In this document: in pieces, positions 9,379 to 21,667 of the stretch
Position numbering within the stretch: the stretch's first letter is position 1
How the letters are laid out: every line of letters begins with the position of its first letter
From: Ginkgo biloba
Lineage: Eukaryota; Plantae; Ginkgophyta
Reading direction: 5' to 3'
Length of the DNA stretch: 23,154 nucleotides
NCBI GenBank assembly: GCA_024626585.2
Contig: JANKJI020000004.1
Span: 25,834,153 to 25,857,306, forward strand
Notes under the pieces: generated by a model
Told to the model about the DNA's origin: nothing
Seen by the model: the letters and a program-made list of their open reading frames with translations, nothing else
The model's database searches: none
Program-made: the position numbers and the translations under genes

Positions 9379-11200
9379 TGCCAATCAAATTCACATGTAC
9401 AAAATATAAATACTATTAACCACAAAAATATATAAACATTATAATATTAAAAAGAGAGAGAGAGAATTATACCATCATGACATCCATCTCATCACAAATA
9501 ACTAAGAAGGAAACACATAGAAACATAGACACACAGACACACACAACATCATCAATATCATTATACATCAAAATTGAATTTTAGAAAGAAAAATACAAAA
9601 TGATTCATAAAACATTTTCATAAATCACATAAATAAATGTAATTTACACTCAAAATGAAGATTATATCCCTAAATACAATACTAAAAATAAAGGATGGCT
9701 TATCTCACTCTCTTCTCCACACTCTTAAGGAGATATTATCCCACTATCTACACTCATCCTCCTTCAATTTCTCATGCCTTATGAGTGAGCATGATTATAA
9801 TAACCAAAGGGTTGTGAACTACTTAGTGCTTAAATATTATATCTCAAGGGGTCATTAATAATCTAAGGATCTAAAATATCAAAGGAGAGAGTCATATACG
9901 TACGTAGACATGATAGTTGGGGATATCATATTGGTNNNNNNNNNNNNNNNNNNNNNNNNNNNNNNNNNNNNNNNNNNNNNNNNNNNNNNNNNNNNNNNNN
10001 NNNNNNNNNNNNNNNNNNNNNNNNNNNNNNNNNNNTCCAAGAAAGAATGGGAGCTGGACAATTTGTTGTATTACCATGTTACTACAAATTTATCAAGAGA
10101 CAATGCAAGGCAACAAGCATTATGCATTCTTCAAGCATTGCCCTTTGGAAACTCTATATTCTATAGTATGGAAAAAATAAAAAATCCCATAGAATTATTA
10201 CCAAAGAAAGTCATTTTGAAAAACAATTAGGGGGCCCATTTCTTCTATCCAACTCCCAGGGAATATTTATAATTAGTGGAACTCCGTGACATTCTACAAT
10301 TTGGGATTAGCGATTTGACAATCTTCTTCAAAGGAGAATTGTAAGTACACTACGAGTTTTCCAATTCAAAACTAAGAAAGGTGAAGATATATGCATTGCA
10401 CGACAGACCTACATTAATGATACTATGATAAAACATTTTGAAAGAACTTATTCCATTTCAAAAGGCATTCTCCATAGCACCAGAGGATCACCAACATCAA
10501 AAGTCAAGCCACCTGGTGTTGAAGAAATTGTGAAGCAACTCAAAGAGATATCATACATTTTGCAACTATCTCAAAACATAATGGATGAATTTGCAAGGAA
10601 ACGATGGTATTGGCAGAGTGGGGCACTGAGCAACTATTAGATCTATATACCTATCTCCTTCCAAAGCTTTCATTTGAAATGAAAAATAAATATCGGCCAT
10701 TTGGATTCGGTTACGAGATAGGTCGCCAACCTGTTACAAATCAAGAGGACAATCAACCACCTAGAGGCGCATCTATCTCTGTTAAAGTTCCAATTGAACG
10801 CTAAAAAATCCAACAAGGAACATTCCAAAATTCACACACTGGCGAAAGGCGACAACAACATTCAATTGTAGAAGGAAATAAAAGCCTTATAGGTGGACAC
10901 AAACATGGGAAATCAAATGTTTCATGGCATCAAATAAACTCAAGTGAAATTAGCATAACCAATAAAGGTCCTCAAACTCACCAAAGTTTTGAGGTGATTC
11001 AGACAATAAAGCACATGCATATAGTCAAGCTCACTTCTAAACCCAAGGAAGAGAATGCTAAGCCCACATGGGAGGAGAGCATCACAATTTTGAGAGACAA
11101 NNNNNNNNNNNNNNNNNNNNNNNNNNNNNNNNNNNNNNNNNNNNNNNNNNNNNNNNNNNNNNNNNNNNNNNNNNNNNNNNNNNNNNNNNNNNNNNNNNNN

Positions 11201-12502
11201 CGTCACTAGTCTCGGGATCGCTTGAAGAATCTCATTTTGAGCCCTTGCTCTGTCTTTGCTTTCTTCAAAAAGAAGGGTTGAGAAATAGCAAATCGCTTCC
11301 TCCCTCACCTCCTCCTGCGAGCTAGAGCACTCTCCATTGAGTTTCCTAATTTTTCCAATGATGTTTGTAATCATCCTTTGCATAGTTGCTTTGGGGAAGA
11401 AAGAGGAGTTTCTATCTCCTGCGAAAAGCCACAACATTCTTGACTTTAATCACCAAGCCTTCTCCTCCTTTGCTAACAAGGCATGTATATCCTTCGATGC
11501 TGCCCCTTCTTTCTCAGCAAGTTCTTTTGAAATCCCCACTCTGTCAATCTCCTCTTGAATAGAGGCTAATGTCGACTCAATCCCTTCCGTAGCAGCTCTC
11601 TTTTGTGCTCTGAGCTAGAAATCCCATTCCTTCATTCTTGTTTTGACAAAGGCCAGTTTTTTAACAAACCTGTACATCTTTGTTCCATGGTGTGGGGCTC
11701 CCTCTCTCCACCATCTCTAGCACTTTTCCATGAAGTCCTCCTCGATCAACCCCAAATTAAACTTGTAGGGAACCTTGACAGGGTTGGGCAAGGCAAAAAG
11801 GTCCAGGCTTACTAGTTTATGATCTAAAACTCTAAAATGAAGAATTCTTGACTCTACCCCTTGAAACCTTGAGATGCACTTGTCACTTACCAAAAATCTG
11901 TTTAGACGCTCTGCTAAATAAGCTTTACCTAATCTCTTATTCGACCATGTGAACCAACCACCTTTCGGGTTCACATCAACCAATCCAAATTCATTATTTC
12001 TAGAGATACAGGTATCTAAAGTCAGAGATTCTAACTAGACTCCTCCTCTCTTCTCTTCCTTGTAAAAGCTTAGATTCAAACCCCTCCCCACAATCCAATT
12101 TACCTAGTTAAGGACTTTTTCTCTGTCCCAAAAGTCACCCCATATTAATGATTTCTCTCCATTTATTGTAGGACCATATAGATTGGATATCCAATACTCT
12201 CTGTGGTCTACCAATCCTTGCATTCTTATCGTGATCCAGTGTTTACTTCGGTCCATTTCAAAACCCTAAAACATATTCTTCTTCCAGAGAATTGCCAGGC
12301 CCCCTGTAGACCCCTCTAAACCTATTACCTGGGCACTAAAGTCTTTAAAAGCCTTCCTTACTACTTCCCCCATGGCACTCGTGCTTAGCTTGGTTTCTTG
12401 GAGGAAAAGAACATTCGGATTCCCTAACAACATTATTCTGTCGAAAGCTCTTTTCTTGGAGGGAGAGCCTAACCCTCTTAAATTCAATGATAATACCTTC
12501 AT
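11201..12502 (-). pseudogene. LINE ORF2 N-terminal part: APE-type endonuclease and linker
   Basis: MKVLSLNLRGLG...LFLQETK...GGLAILW; FTWSNKR...ERLNRFLVS...LDHKLV (decayed RLDRF and SDH motifs); WLFAGDRNSSFF; IPRLVT. Broken into ORFs 12266..12502, 11717..11983 and the part of 10940..11437 above 11200. Confidence 0.9.
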
Positions 12503-14799
12503 TGAGCTTCACAACGCCTTCCCGGCTTTGACTTGAAGCTATCTAGGATTATGCCCTTCACCCCTTCCTCAATGCCTATCCTCATCTCCGACTCCCTCTT
12601 TTGTTTGATTGAAGGCCTTCCTGGTTTTTTTTTTTTTTTTTTACCTACATCCAGCTTTGCCAATTTGTTCCNNNNNNNNNNNNNNNNNNNNNNNNNNNNN
12701 NNNNNNNNNNNNNNNNNNNNNNNNNNNNNNNNNNNNNNNNNNNNNNNNNNNNNNNNNNNNNNNNNNNNNNNNNNNNNNNNNNNNNNNNNNNNNNNNNNNN
12801 NNNNNNNNNNNNNNNNNNNNNNNNNNNNNNNNNNNNNNNNNNNNNNNNNNNNNNNNNNNNNNNNNNNNNNNNNNNNNNNNNNNNNNNNNNNNNNNNNNNN
12901 NNNNNNNNNNNNNNNNNNNNNNNNNNNNNNNNNNNNCGAGTTAGTCTGCCCTTCTATTGGACAGTCTGCCCTTTTGTCATATCACCCCAACAAACTCTCC
13001 GTTCTACTTCCTTCCTTCCCATATGCATGTGCTAAACCTGCTAATAAACTTTGTAATTGAGATTCTCCATTATTACCTCCCTCTTATGAGATGACTTCCC
13101 CGGAGACTTGAGCCCCGGGTCTATCCCTTCCCTCTTTTGACTGTATTGACTGTAGTTCTTGATTCTACTTGAGCGGCTCTATCCGACTGCTATCCTAGAT
13201 GGTTATTGTCTAGATAATTGAAGAATCTAACAACTCTCCTTCCACTACAAACATACCCGCTACCATGTTTTCCGATGATTTCTCCCTAGGATTGTTAGCA
13301 GCTAGTGCAAATAGGATCGGCTGTTGAAAAGAAGACTTGGTTCTATAGGTAATTACCTTCTGATCTTTCATATGATTCGGCAAACACTTCGATGACATCA
13401 TCCTCTCAGTCCCCTCTTGAGGTGATGGGCTCCTGAAAACCGCTGAGGTCTCTAACAGTCCCCCTTCCTCCAGTCGGTTTCTCTCCATGCCTTTGGATAT
13501 CACCTTCTGGATCTTACTGTTGTAGGACACTTGCTTTGCGTCCTCCTCCAAGGAATTCAGAGCCTCCCTCAACTTGGGAGAGAGAGCAGAAGTATTTTCC
13601 AACGCGGTACTTTGGGTAACTAAATATCCCTCCTGGTTCTTCGACACCTATTCCCCTAGCGCTTCCTCTTCTACGACCTCCATAGAGGAAATCTCACATG
13701 AAATAATCCCATTACCTGGGGAGTTAAAGGCATACTAGGGATATCCTTCACCAGTTCTTCCATAATAACATCCTCTGATCCTCTTTCCTCCTCACTCTGC
13801 TCTGCCAACAGATCAAATGAATTTCCCAATGGATTAGGCTCTACGGCCTGAGACCCCTTATATACTGATCTTCGTCCTTTCCCTACTAACTTCCACTCTT
13901 CATTCAACTCCTTTGTAACTGCTTTCCCTTTCCCTAGATCCTAACAAGTTCGATCATTTGGCCCTGAGATAGGAGACTTTTTGTAGAGGTCTCAATCCCT
14001 CCAGCTGGGACATCCTCTTAGTTCAGAAGTAAATTATAGTTAGAAAATTTATTAGCAATAAGAAGAGAAGAATGGTTCATACATTCAACATTCCTTATCA
14101 AAGGAATTCAAGAGAGAGACCAAAATTTAAAGAACGGTTGTTGTCCCTAGATATAAGAAGAACTGNNNNNNNNNNNNNNNNNNNNNNNNNNNNNNNNNNN
14201 NNNNNNNNNNNNNNNNNNNNNNNNNNNNNNNNNNNNNNNNNNNNNNNNNNNNNNNNNNNNNNNNNGGATGTTCCCGAGCTAGGTGGATGAATTTCTCCCT
14301 ATTTTTCCACTCGAAGGGGGCAATATTTGGTTAAGTGGCCATACTTTCTGCAACTTCAGCATCTTAAACGAACCCTTCATATTCCACTCTGAATAAATTT
14401 GTGATTCCTGATGAGCATTTCAACATCTTCCGGCAATCCCTTTGCAATGTTGATATTGACACATAATCATGCATAGGTTGCTATATTGTTTCTACCTCTC
14501 GAATCTAAGAACATCACGTACTCTCCAACACAATGCCCAATCATTTCGAAAGTATGTTGGTTCCAGAGGTGAGGCAGGAGAAATGGAAGTCTAACCCACA
14601 TTGGGATCTTCTCTGAAATTTCACTCTTAGGGTCAAATTCCAAAAACCATAGGTAGAGGCTTAGGCCTNNNNNNNNNNNNNNNNNNNNNNNNNNNNNNNN
14701 NNNNNNNNNNNNNNNNNNNNNNNNNNNNNNNTCTGGCCTTGAACCAATTTTCCCCAATTCAGGATCAATCATTGCTCCAAACCATCCGGGGATAACCAT
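12499..14799 (-). pseudogene. LINE ORF1 relic (DUF4283-like region plus CCHC zinc knuckle)
   Basis: IPMWVRLPFLLPHLW...IGHCVG...YA*LCVNINIAKGLPEDV, then RC*SCRKYGHLTKYCP (CX2CX4HX4C at 14320-14361), a long low-complexity linker and a basic C-terminus PGRPSIKQKRE...RRCEAQ*. Confidence 0.82.
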
Positions 14800-15139
14800 T
14801 TCCCATTGAATCGACCGATCAAGCTAAGCTCTTGAAGACGAAGCTTTTTTTGCCTCTGAGAAAACCTCATCCACCCTAATCTGCGATCTTCCCTCTCTTT
14901 TCTTGATGATAGTAGAGTTATTGCCAGATTTTTTTTGCATTGCTTTGTACCATTCCCCTCAATAATGGGTTTACTTNNNNNNNNNNNNNNNNNNNNNNNN
15001 NNTTTGGATTCGAGCTTCTAATCGTCTGGTGGATCCTCTTCCTTGCTCCGTCTATCCCATCACTAGTTTTCACTGCCCACCAAAAATTCTTTTATGTTCC
15101 AAGTTTAAAACGTTGTTAGGGAAGAAAGAAGCTATTATT

Positions 15140-15163
15140 AAGGGGGGATTATTGTGATGACCC
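15140..15163 (+). mobile_element. Polypurine tract / 3' LTR start of a probably Gypsy LTR retrotransposon
   Basis: AAGGGGGG (15140-15147) is followed within 5 nt by TGTGATGACCC (TG at 15153), the typical PPT-LTR arrangement. LTR extent is unresolved; 15153-17040 looks like mixed LTR-derived sequence. Confidence 0.5.
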
Positions 15164-18100
15164 TAATACATGTGTTGATGGTTCACCAACTTAGGAGTAT
15201 GTACAATGTGTTTGATGGTTTTAAAATGTGTTGGAATATTATAAATTTTTCACCTCATGATATGTAGATTTGAATTCAAAGATTTAACTTAGAATTGAAA
15301 TCAGAAATCTTATGAAACATTAATCAAAATTTTATTTAAAAATAAATAAATATTGTACAAAGATAGATTGTGAGTAGAGATACAACATATTTGAAATTTG
15401 GATCAATCCACCAAGTAACCAATAATAGATTTGAGAAATACTCCTCCTGAAAATCAAAACTAACAACCTCAAAAATTGCAGCAACAATCTAAATAAATTT
15501 TTATTCAATTAAAGAATAAAGATTACGAAAATGGAGAAACACCTAAATAAATAGTGCAACCTCCTTCGTGACTTCACTTCGCTTAACTCACACCCTAATT
15601 ATGCAACTACATGCAAATTCTATTTTTGAAATTTTCTCTCTTANNNNNNNNNNNNNNNNNNNNNNNNNNNNNNNNNNNNNNNNNNNNNNNNNNNNNNNNN
15701 NNNNNNNNNNNNNNNNNNNNNNNNNNNNNNNNNNNNNNNNNNNTCATTCGATAAATTCATACTTGGGCCCATTTATATCATAGGAACAATGTATATATTA
15801 GAGTTTTATCATTCATAGTATATGGTTCATATTAGTTGTATCTCAGGTATTTAGAGAAATCCATCTTTAATTACATTAATACCATCAGTATAGTTATGAT
15901 TCACCCCCCAAAATGGTACATTATTAAGGATTTTGAGCATTATATCACTATAAAAACATTAATCAATTCATCATCATCATCATTATTTTCTATTAAGAAT
16001 GGGTTAGAGCATGCCACATGCATGCTTTCTTCCATATAACAATATCATCTATCCAGCATTTGATCATCCAGTTATACTATCCAAATCTTCACCAATAGAA
16101 ATTGGCCCAAAATTCACATTAAAATCCATTTATAAAGTGCCCAAAATCACCAATTAACATTTTACCACAAATGTTAAAGAGAATTCCCATGATTTCCTAT
16201 GGTGACACCCATTTTACACTACATAGANNNNNNNNNNNNNNNNNNNNNNNNNNNNNNNNNNNNNNNNNNNNNNNNNNNNNNNNNNNNNNNNNNNNAAAGG
16301 GAACTTCATTTTCCTTACAAAAATGGACAATTTAGATATTGAGACTAATTCCAAGCATATTGGAGAAGACTAATCTCTATGTGAGAAATACATGAGAAAG
16401 AAGCTTCTCTCTCACTCTATATAATAACCTCTTTTTCACAAGAAAGGGAGATTTTTTTTGCAAGTGTAGAAACTCTATCAGATTAAAGATCCAAGAGCTA
16501 TACATGTACTAAATTTATAACAAATTTTATACCCATACAAGGATTAATACACAAATTAAAGGAAGGAGCATTAGTGCAAGAGGGTAAGAAGACCATTAGA
16601 AGCTATCCTATTAGCATTGTTTACTTCTTTTACACTTTTTCTCTATTTATTTTGTATTGTGGCATTGTTTAATTAATCTAAATTCCTTTATATTTCTAGA
16701 TTTCTTGTGTAAGAATTTTGTATTGATCAATGAATTATCCTCTCCACTTATGGTATTATTGTTAAAATTTGTCTATAAATACATAACTTCTTAGCTCTAA
16801 GAAAGGATTCACATCTATGTGCAAGTTTAGAAGAGGATTTAGATCTTGGCATCTCATCATTAACTTTAAAGGTAAGATCTATTCTTACATTTTCATCTTT
16901 TATCTTTCATCGACTATTTATGAGGATTTTTATCCTATTGTTATCATAAGTTTTTACCTTACCTACCAATGTGTAGATAATTGTTAAGCGGTGCTAGAGT
17001 CCAGGGGAACCCCGTGCCATCTTTGACCATGTGTTGTCAACTCTAATATTCTATTTTTTTCAAATCTCATGACCTTCCTCTTTTCTTTTCTTTTCTTTTA
17101 ATCTTTTAGACCTCTATTGATTATTTTAACCATTCTCATAATGTTTTTGACTTTAGCTCGACTACTGACTCTGACTCTTATGTTGACTTTAATTCTCTCC
17201 TCAATCTTACTACTTTCTCTATTATCCTCTTTATATTTTTACTAGACATTGGCCCACTTGATCTTTGATCCCAACTTCTTTGGGTATTTGATGATTGACT
17301 TCATCATTTCCTGACATTTTTCCTCGTATAAAATTACTTTGACTTGTTAGTGCCTTCTATTCAACTCTCTTATTCACCAACTATCTCATTCTCTAATGCA
17401 AATGCCTCATATAGGTTTGAAATCAAAGTTCTTATAGAACCGCATCATTGATTGGTCTGCTCAGGTAACTAGTCATAATATTCACTAGTTGATAAGACAT
17501 GATTAGACTAGATAGAAGATATAATGAATACACCTATATGCCCACCAATGCATGTTTCCATCTTCTTTCTTGTCAAAACAAGTTTCTATCTTTTATCTCT
17601 CTCTTTATTCCTTTTAAGAATATACTCTTCCCTTGTCCCTCTTCTTCCTCTCTCTCCTTCTAAGTGTCATTCTCCTTACTCTTCCTTATTGTGGTATGCA
17701 TATTTTGTTAGTCCCACCCCATCTTTTATTGTCAATCTTATTTCTCTGTCCCTTGTTTATATCCCTCTTTCATGTTATTTTTAATATTGGATCAAATACA
17801 TTATCGTCTACCTCCTCAGGGCATGCCCTTGGCATCAAGAGGTGTTTATTTTTCCATAATGTGGGTGACTAGATTGTAGCATTTCTACATCAACCACATA
17901 TAAATCAACATTTGTATAACTATAAAGAAAATTTCATGTAAAATAATGAAGAAACATTGCTCGACTTCATTAATCAATCTTCCTTTATTTATTTCCACAT
18001 AAAGGTAATATTCATCCAACAATGCTTTAAGCTAATCCTTGATAGTCATATGTCTTTCATTTAAGAGGCCCTTATATATAAATATAATTTTCTACCATAG

Positions 18101-19882
18101 AGATAAAGATAATTCTTTTTTTCTTTTCTTTATAGGTAGTTCTTGAGAATTAGTCTAATTAATTTAGCCACTATGCAAGATATATAGGAATATTTTCCAA
18201 GAATCTCTCATATTTTTCAGAACAAAATCATAATTTTGCTTCTATAATTGATAATTTGCTCCATTAAGTATATATTTAAATGTTGTTATTATTTTTCATT
18301 ATCCACCATCTTTTGATTTCTTAAAACGATACTACTTATTTAATATACATTCCCTTATTATTAAGATCAATTATAATTAATCAAAAATAGAATTGAAATA
18401 TTGGTTGGGTTTGGAAAATATTGATACATGTCATAAGAAGATTGATAGTTGGATATTCCACCATCTAAGGTTTGAATCCCTCAAACCTTCTAAGCACCAT
18501 TATTTATTATTCAAAGGGGCATGCTATTAATGGATTAAGGGGGTGATTATGTTGGTGATTCATGTTGGAGCATTTATGTTTGGCTCTACCCTTTCTATAG
18601 ATAGTCTAATTGCTTTCTAGTCATTGTCCCGTTCCTTGTTCTTGGGGATGAGTAAATATTCTCCCCCTCAATTCAATTCTGGCTCCCCTCTCCAAAAAGA
18701 AATCCTATCTCTACCTTGGAGGAGTAATCAAAGGGAAACCAAAGAATTCCCCCAACTAAGACGTTGTAGTCATTGACTTGGCTCTATAACTGTGCATATC
18801 AACCTTTCACATTACACCCAAGGGTCTAAGGTGCTCACTAGAGATGTATCAATGTATGCTTGCAAAAATATTAAATAATGGTGAATAATAAATAAATACT
18901 AACTCGTAAGAATTTGGAATTATATAGAATAGATATTACAAAACTAAAAATATGCCTTTCATTAATTATGTTAGGTAAATATATACATTTATAATTCAAT
19001 TTTTAATGTATATGGTACCTTATATTTTGATGTAATTGTAAAGATATCATAAGGGAGAGAATGTAATAAACTATTCACTTTAAGAATATTTTAATTTGAA
19101 ATTAGAATGTTTTAAAATTAAATTAGAGAAATGATTAATAAATCGTATAAAAGAAGTGTAAATGTAAATGATGGTATAGGTGAGAGTTTAGTATTAAATG
19201 AAGAAAGAATTATAGCTAGCATATGACTATTGGTCTCTATTCTATTATATAATGTAATGTGAACTTTGAGTAATGAATAAAAGTCCATCCAATGGTTGAG
19301 TTGTGTATGGATTATGTATGAATTTGATAAATATTTACTTCTTGTTCTAGTTATATCATTTTGTTTAATTGATTATGTCATGGGCTCAGTGGATAAATAA
19401 TTAGAAAATATTACATGAGAATTTATTTCATTACTAAAGAAGTCAAATACAAGCTTGTTAAAGTGAGTCTTTACATAACTTAGTCAAGTATAAATTATCT
19501 GAGTAAGATTATGTTGATTCTTGGTCATTCTTTTTTTTAGCTTGACTAGATTTTTAGAAAATATCTAAAAAAATACAAGAATATTTAAAATGTTAATGAG
19601 GTAGTAAGGTATTATGGAGTCACTTGGTTTGATGCAAAGCTAATATGAGAAATCTTATACTATGCTCTTAAGAAAGTGAAGCAATAAGTTGATCAATAAA
19701 GGAAGAGTGATAAGTGTTTTCAGGAGTTCCTTAGCTTAAAAGCTTTAAGTAACAAAGAAAAATTTAAAGATTAAGTGAATAACTATTTATTGAATTTAAG
19801 AGGAGATCAAATTCAAAGAATTGATTAAGATTTCATGATCTGTTTGTCATATCCAAAAGAAGAGACCATGTCAGTCAAAGAG

Positions 19883-20228
19883 AGTTTGTCATTGTCGACA
19901 GATGGTGTAAAGGAAAATTCACCATTATTAGCAAATAATTTAATATCAGTTTGTTTATGGTTGAATGATGCAAAGATAACTTTGTCATTGTTGAGAGAAG
20001 GATTTAAAGTCAGTTTTATCATTGTTGACAGATGGTGTAAAGTTAAGTCTATCATTATTGACAACATAGACAAAGTCTAGTCATCATTCTGGTGAAAGGT
20101 TGTAGAACCAGTTTGGCACTAGTGGAGAACGATGTGACAACATGACTATTGGTGTTGGTTGATGATGCAAAGATAGCTTTCTCACTGTCAGCAAAAGGAC
20201 ATAAAGTCAAGTTTGTCATTATCGAAAA
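19883..20228. repeat. Degenerate ~33-bp tandem array (~10 units)
   Basis: Units such as AGTTTGTCATTGTCGACAGATGGTGTAAAGGAA, ACTTTGTCATTGTTGAGAGAAGGATTTAAAGTC, AGTTTTATCATTGTTGACAGATGGTGTAAAGTTA and AGTCTATCATTATTGACAACATAGACAAAGTCT. Confidence 0.75.
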
Positions 20229-20762
20229 TAAAGAGACTTAGTCCGATAGAGGTGAAAGAACTCACATAATCCGACAGTCCAATAGATAGAGGAAAAAAAT
20301 AAAAGGAATATATCACTCCAACAAAGGCATCGACAAGGAATGCATAGAACCACAAGATGATTCAACTACCTCAAGCAATTATGGAACTGAATTGACACTT
20401 AGGGGAAAAATGATGAAAATATGCAGAGACACAGAGAGGGAGAAAAAAATAGGAGAGTGGGAGCACAAAGAAGAGGGAGAAGAGCACATATCAAAGAAAA
20501 GGGAATAAGAAGACTGAGTTTTTTTAGTACATAGAGCATGAAGATTTTGGGAAGACAAAGCCCAATTTTTTATACAAGCTTTGTAGGAGAAACTNNNNNN
20601 NNNNNNNNNNNNNNNNNNNNNNNNNNNNNNNNNNNNNNNNNNNNNNNNNNNNNNNNNNNNNNNNNNNNNNNNNNNNNNNNNNNNNNNNNNNNNNAAGACA
20701 ATGATTTTTATATTGACGAGGCCAACAATATAAAAAATTGTGAATACATGTTGTTCTTATAC

Positions 20763-21027
20763 CTGCAGTCCTCTGTAATCAAACCATGCAACCCGCAAAT
20801 GATCTAAAAAATTATATTCATAAAAGAATCTATGATAAAATCAAGCAATGAATTATCTATATACCTTGACTCATAGTAGAGGTTTTTGGTAAATACGATG
20901 AATGAACCCTACGCTCAAAACCAAACAATTCATTACTTTTTCCTTTAAATACAATAAGCGATTGAAAACAAAAGGATGTATTATCAAATTTTCTCACCTT
21001 TACAGATATTGCCAACAATTTCACAAG
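20763..21027 (-). other. Three putative micro-exons of an unidentified gene or gene fragment (21027-20998, 20908-20865, 20803-20763)
   Basis: Each is flanked by a YAG acceptor and a GT donor (AAG|GTGAGA, AAG|GTATAT, CAG|GTATAA). They are separated by T-rich 89-nt and 61-nt introns on the - strand. Confidence 0.55.
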
Positions 21028-21084
21028 CTATAATATAATAGATGAACATACACAACACACTTACAAAACAACCATAAAAACACA

Positions 21085-21256
21085 TGAACGACGCAACGGA
21101 TGGTAATGGAAACGACACATTAACGTTATAGTAAACAAATGAAACAACGTCGATCCTTTATCCATTTTTGGAGTTAATACCCATAACTATGGTCAATGTA
21201 AAGTTAATATGAGGTTAAGCATAACAAAAGGATATCGTCAACAACGTAACGTAACC
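21085..21256. repeat. AACG-rich short repeats, likely hAT 5' subterminal region
   Basis: Clustered AACG/AACGT motifs (GAACGACGCAACGG, AAACGAC, TAACGTT, CAACGTCG, CAACGTAACGTAAC) lie ~400-600 bp upstream of the transposase relic. No TIR identified. Confidence 0.35.
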
Positions 21257-21667
21257 TTTATGCTTTAGTAATGCATTTTCAGCCTAATGAGTTCACTGTA
21301 AAACAATGCCTATCGGTGCTAATTAAAACAAAAAAAGAGGAAAAATGAGGAAGATGAAAAGTTAAAAAATAAAAGGGAAAGAAAAATATGAAGATTTAAA
21401 AGAGTAAAAACGTGCAGTAAAAGTCAAAATAAAAATCGTCGTAAGCAGATTTGATCTCACAATCATGAGAAGAATTTTTCTTTTCATTAAATTTGAAATC
21501 TATACTCTCAAGTTTTTAATTTGTTTTTTGTTTTTTTTGGCTGAGTTTGAATTTTTTTCCTAATATATCTTGTATTCAAAATTGATGTGTAGAAATTTTA
21601 AAATTTGAAATATACCACATTTGAAATATGATTGGTTTTTTCTTTTTCTTAGAAAAAAGGCCCCCTA

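Larger units (their letters stand above)
11201..15060 (-). mobile_element. Degenerate L1-clade LINE retrotransposon (ORF1 plus 5' part of ORF2); the RT domain is not visible because the element runs into the gap at 11101-11200
   Basis: ORF1 and ORF2 motifs occur in the canonical order on the - strand (see the two sub-features), with many stops and frameshifts. The 5' boundary is approximate. Confidence 0.88.

Noticed and set aside
10940-11437. 165-aa ORF as a single protein
   Set aside because: A chimera across a 100-N gap; only the part above 11200 is LINE ORF2.
12533-13060. ORFs made largely of X (also 1311, 2798, 6794, 9879-10230 in part, 14072, 15568, 20538)
   Set aside because: Their length is an artefact of N-runs lacking stop codons.
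17524-17872. Leu/Ser/Phe-rich ORFs as membrane proteins
   Set aside because: Products of CT-rich low-complexity sequence with no motifs or splice support.
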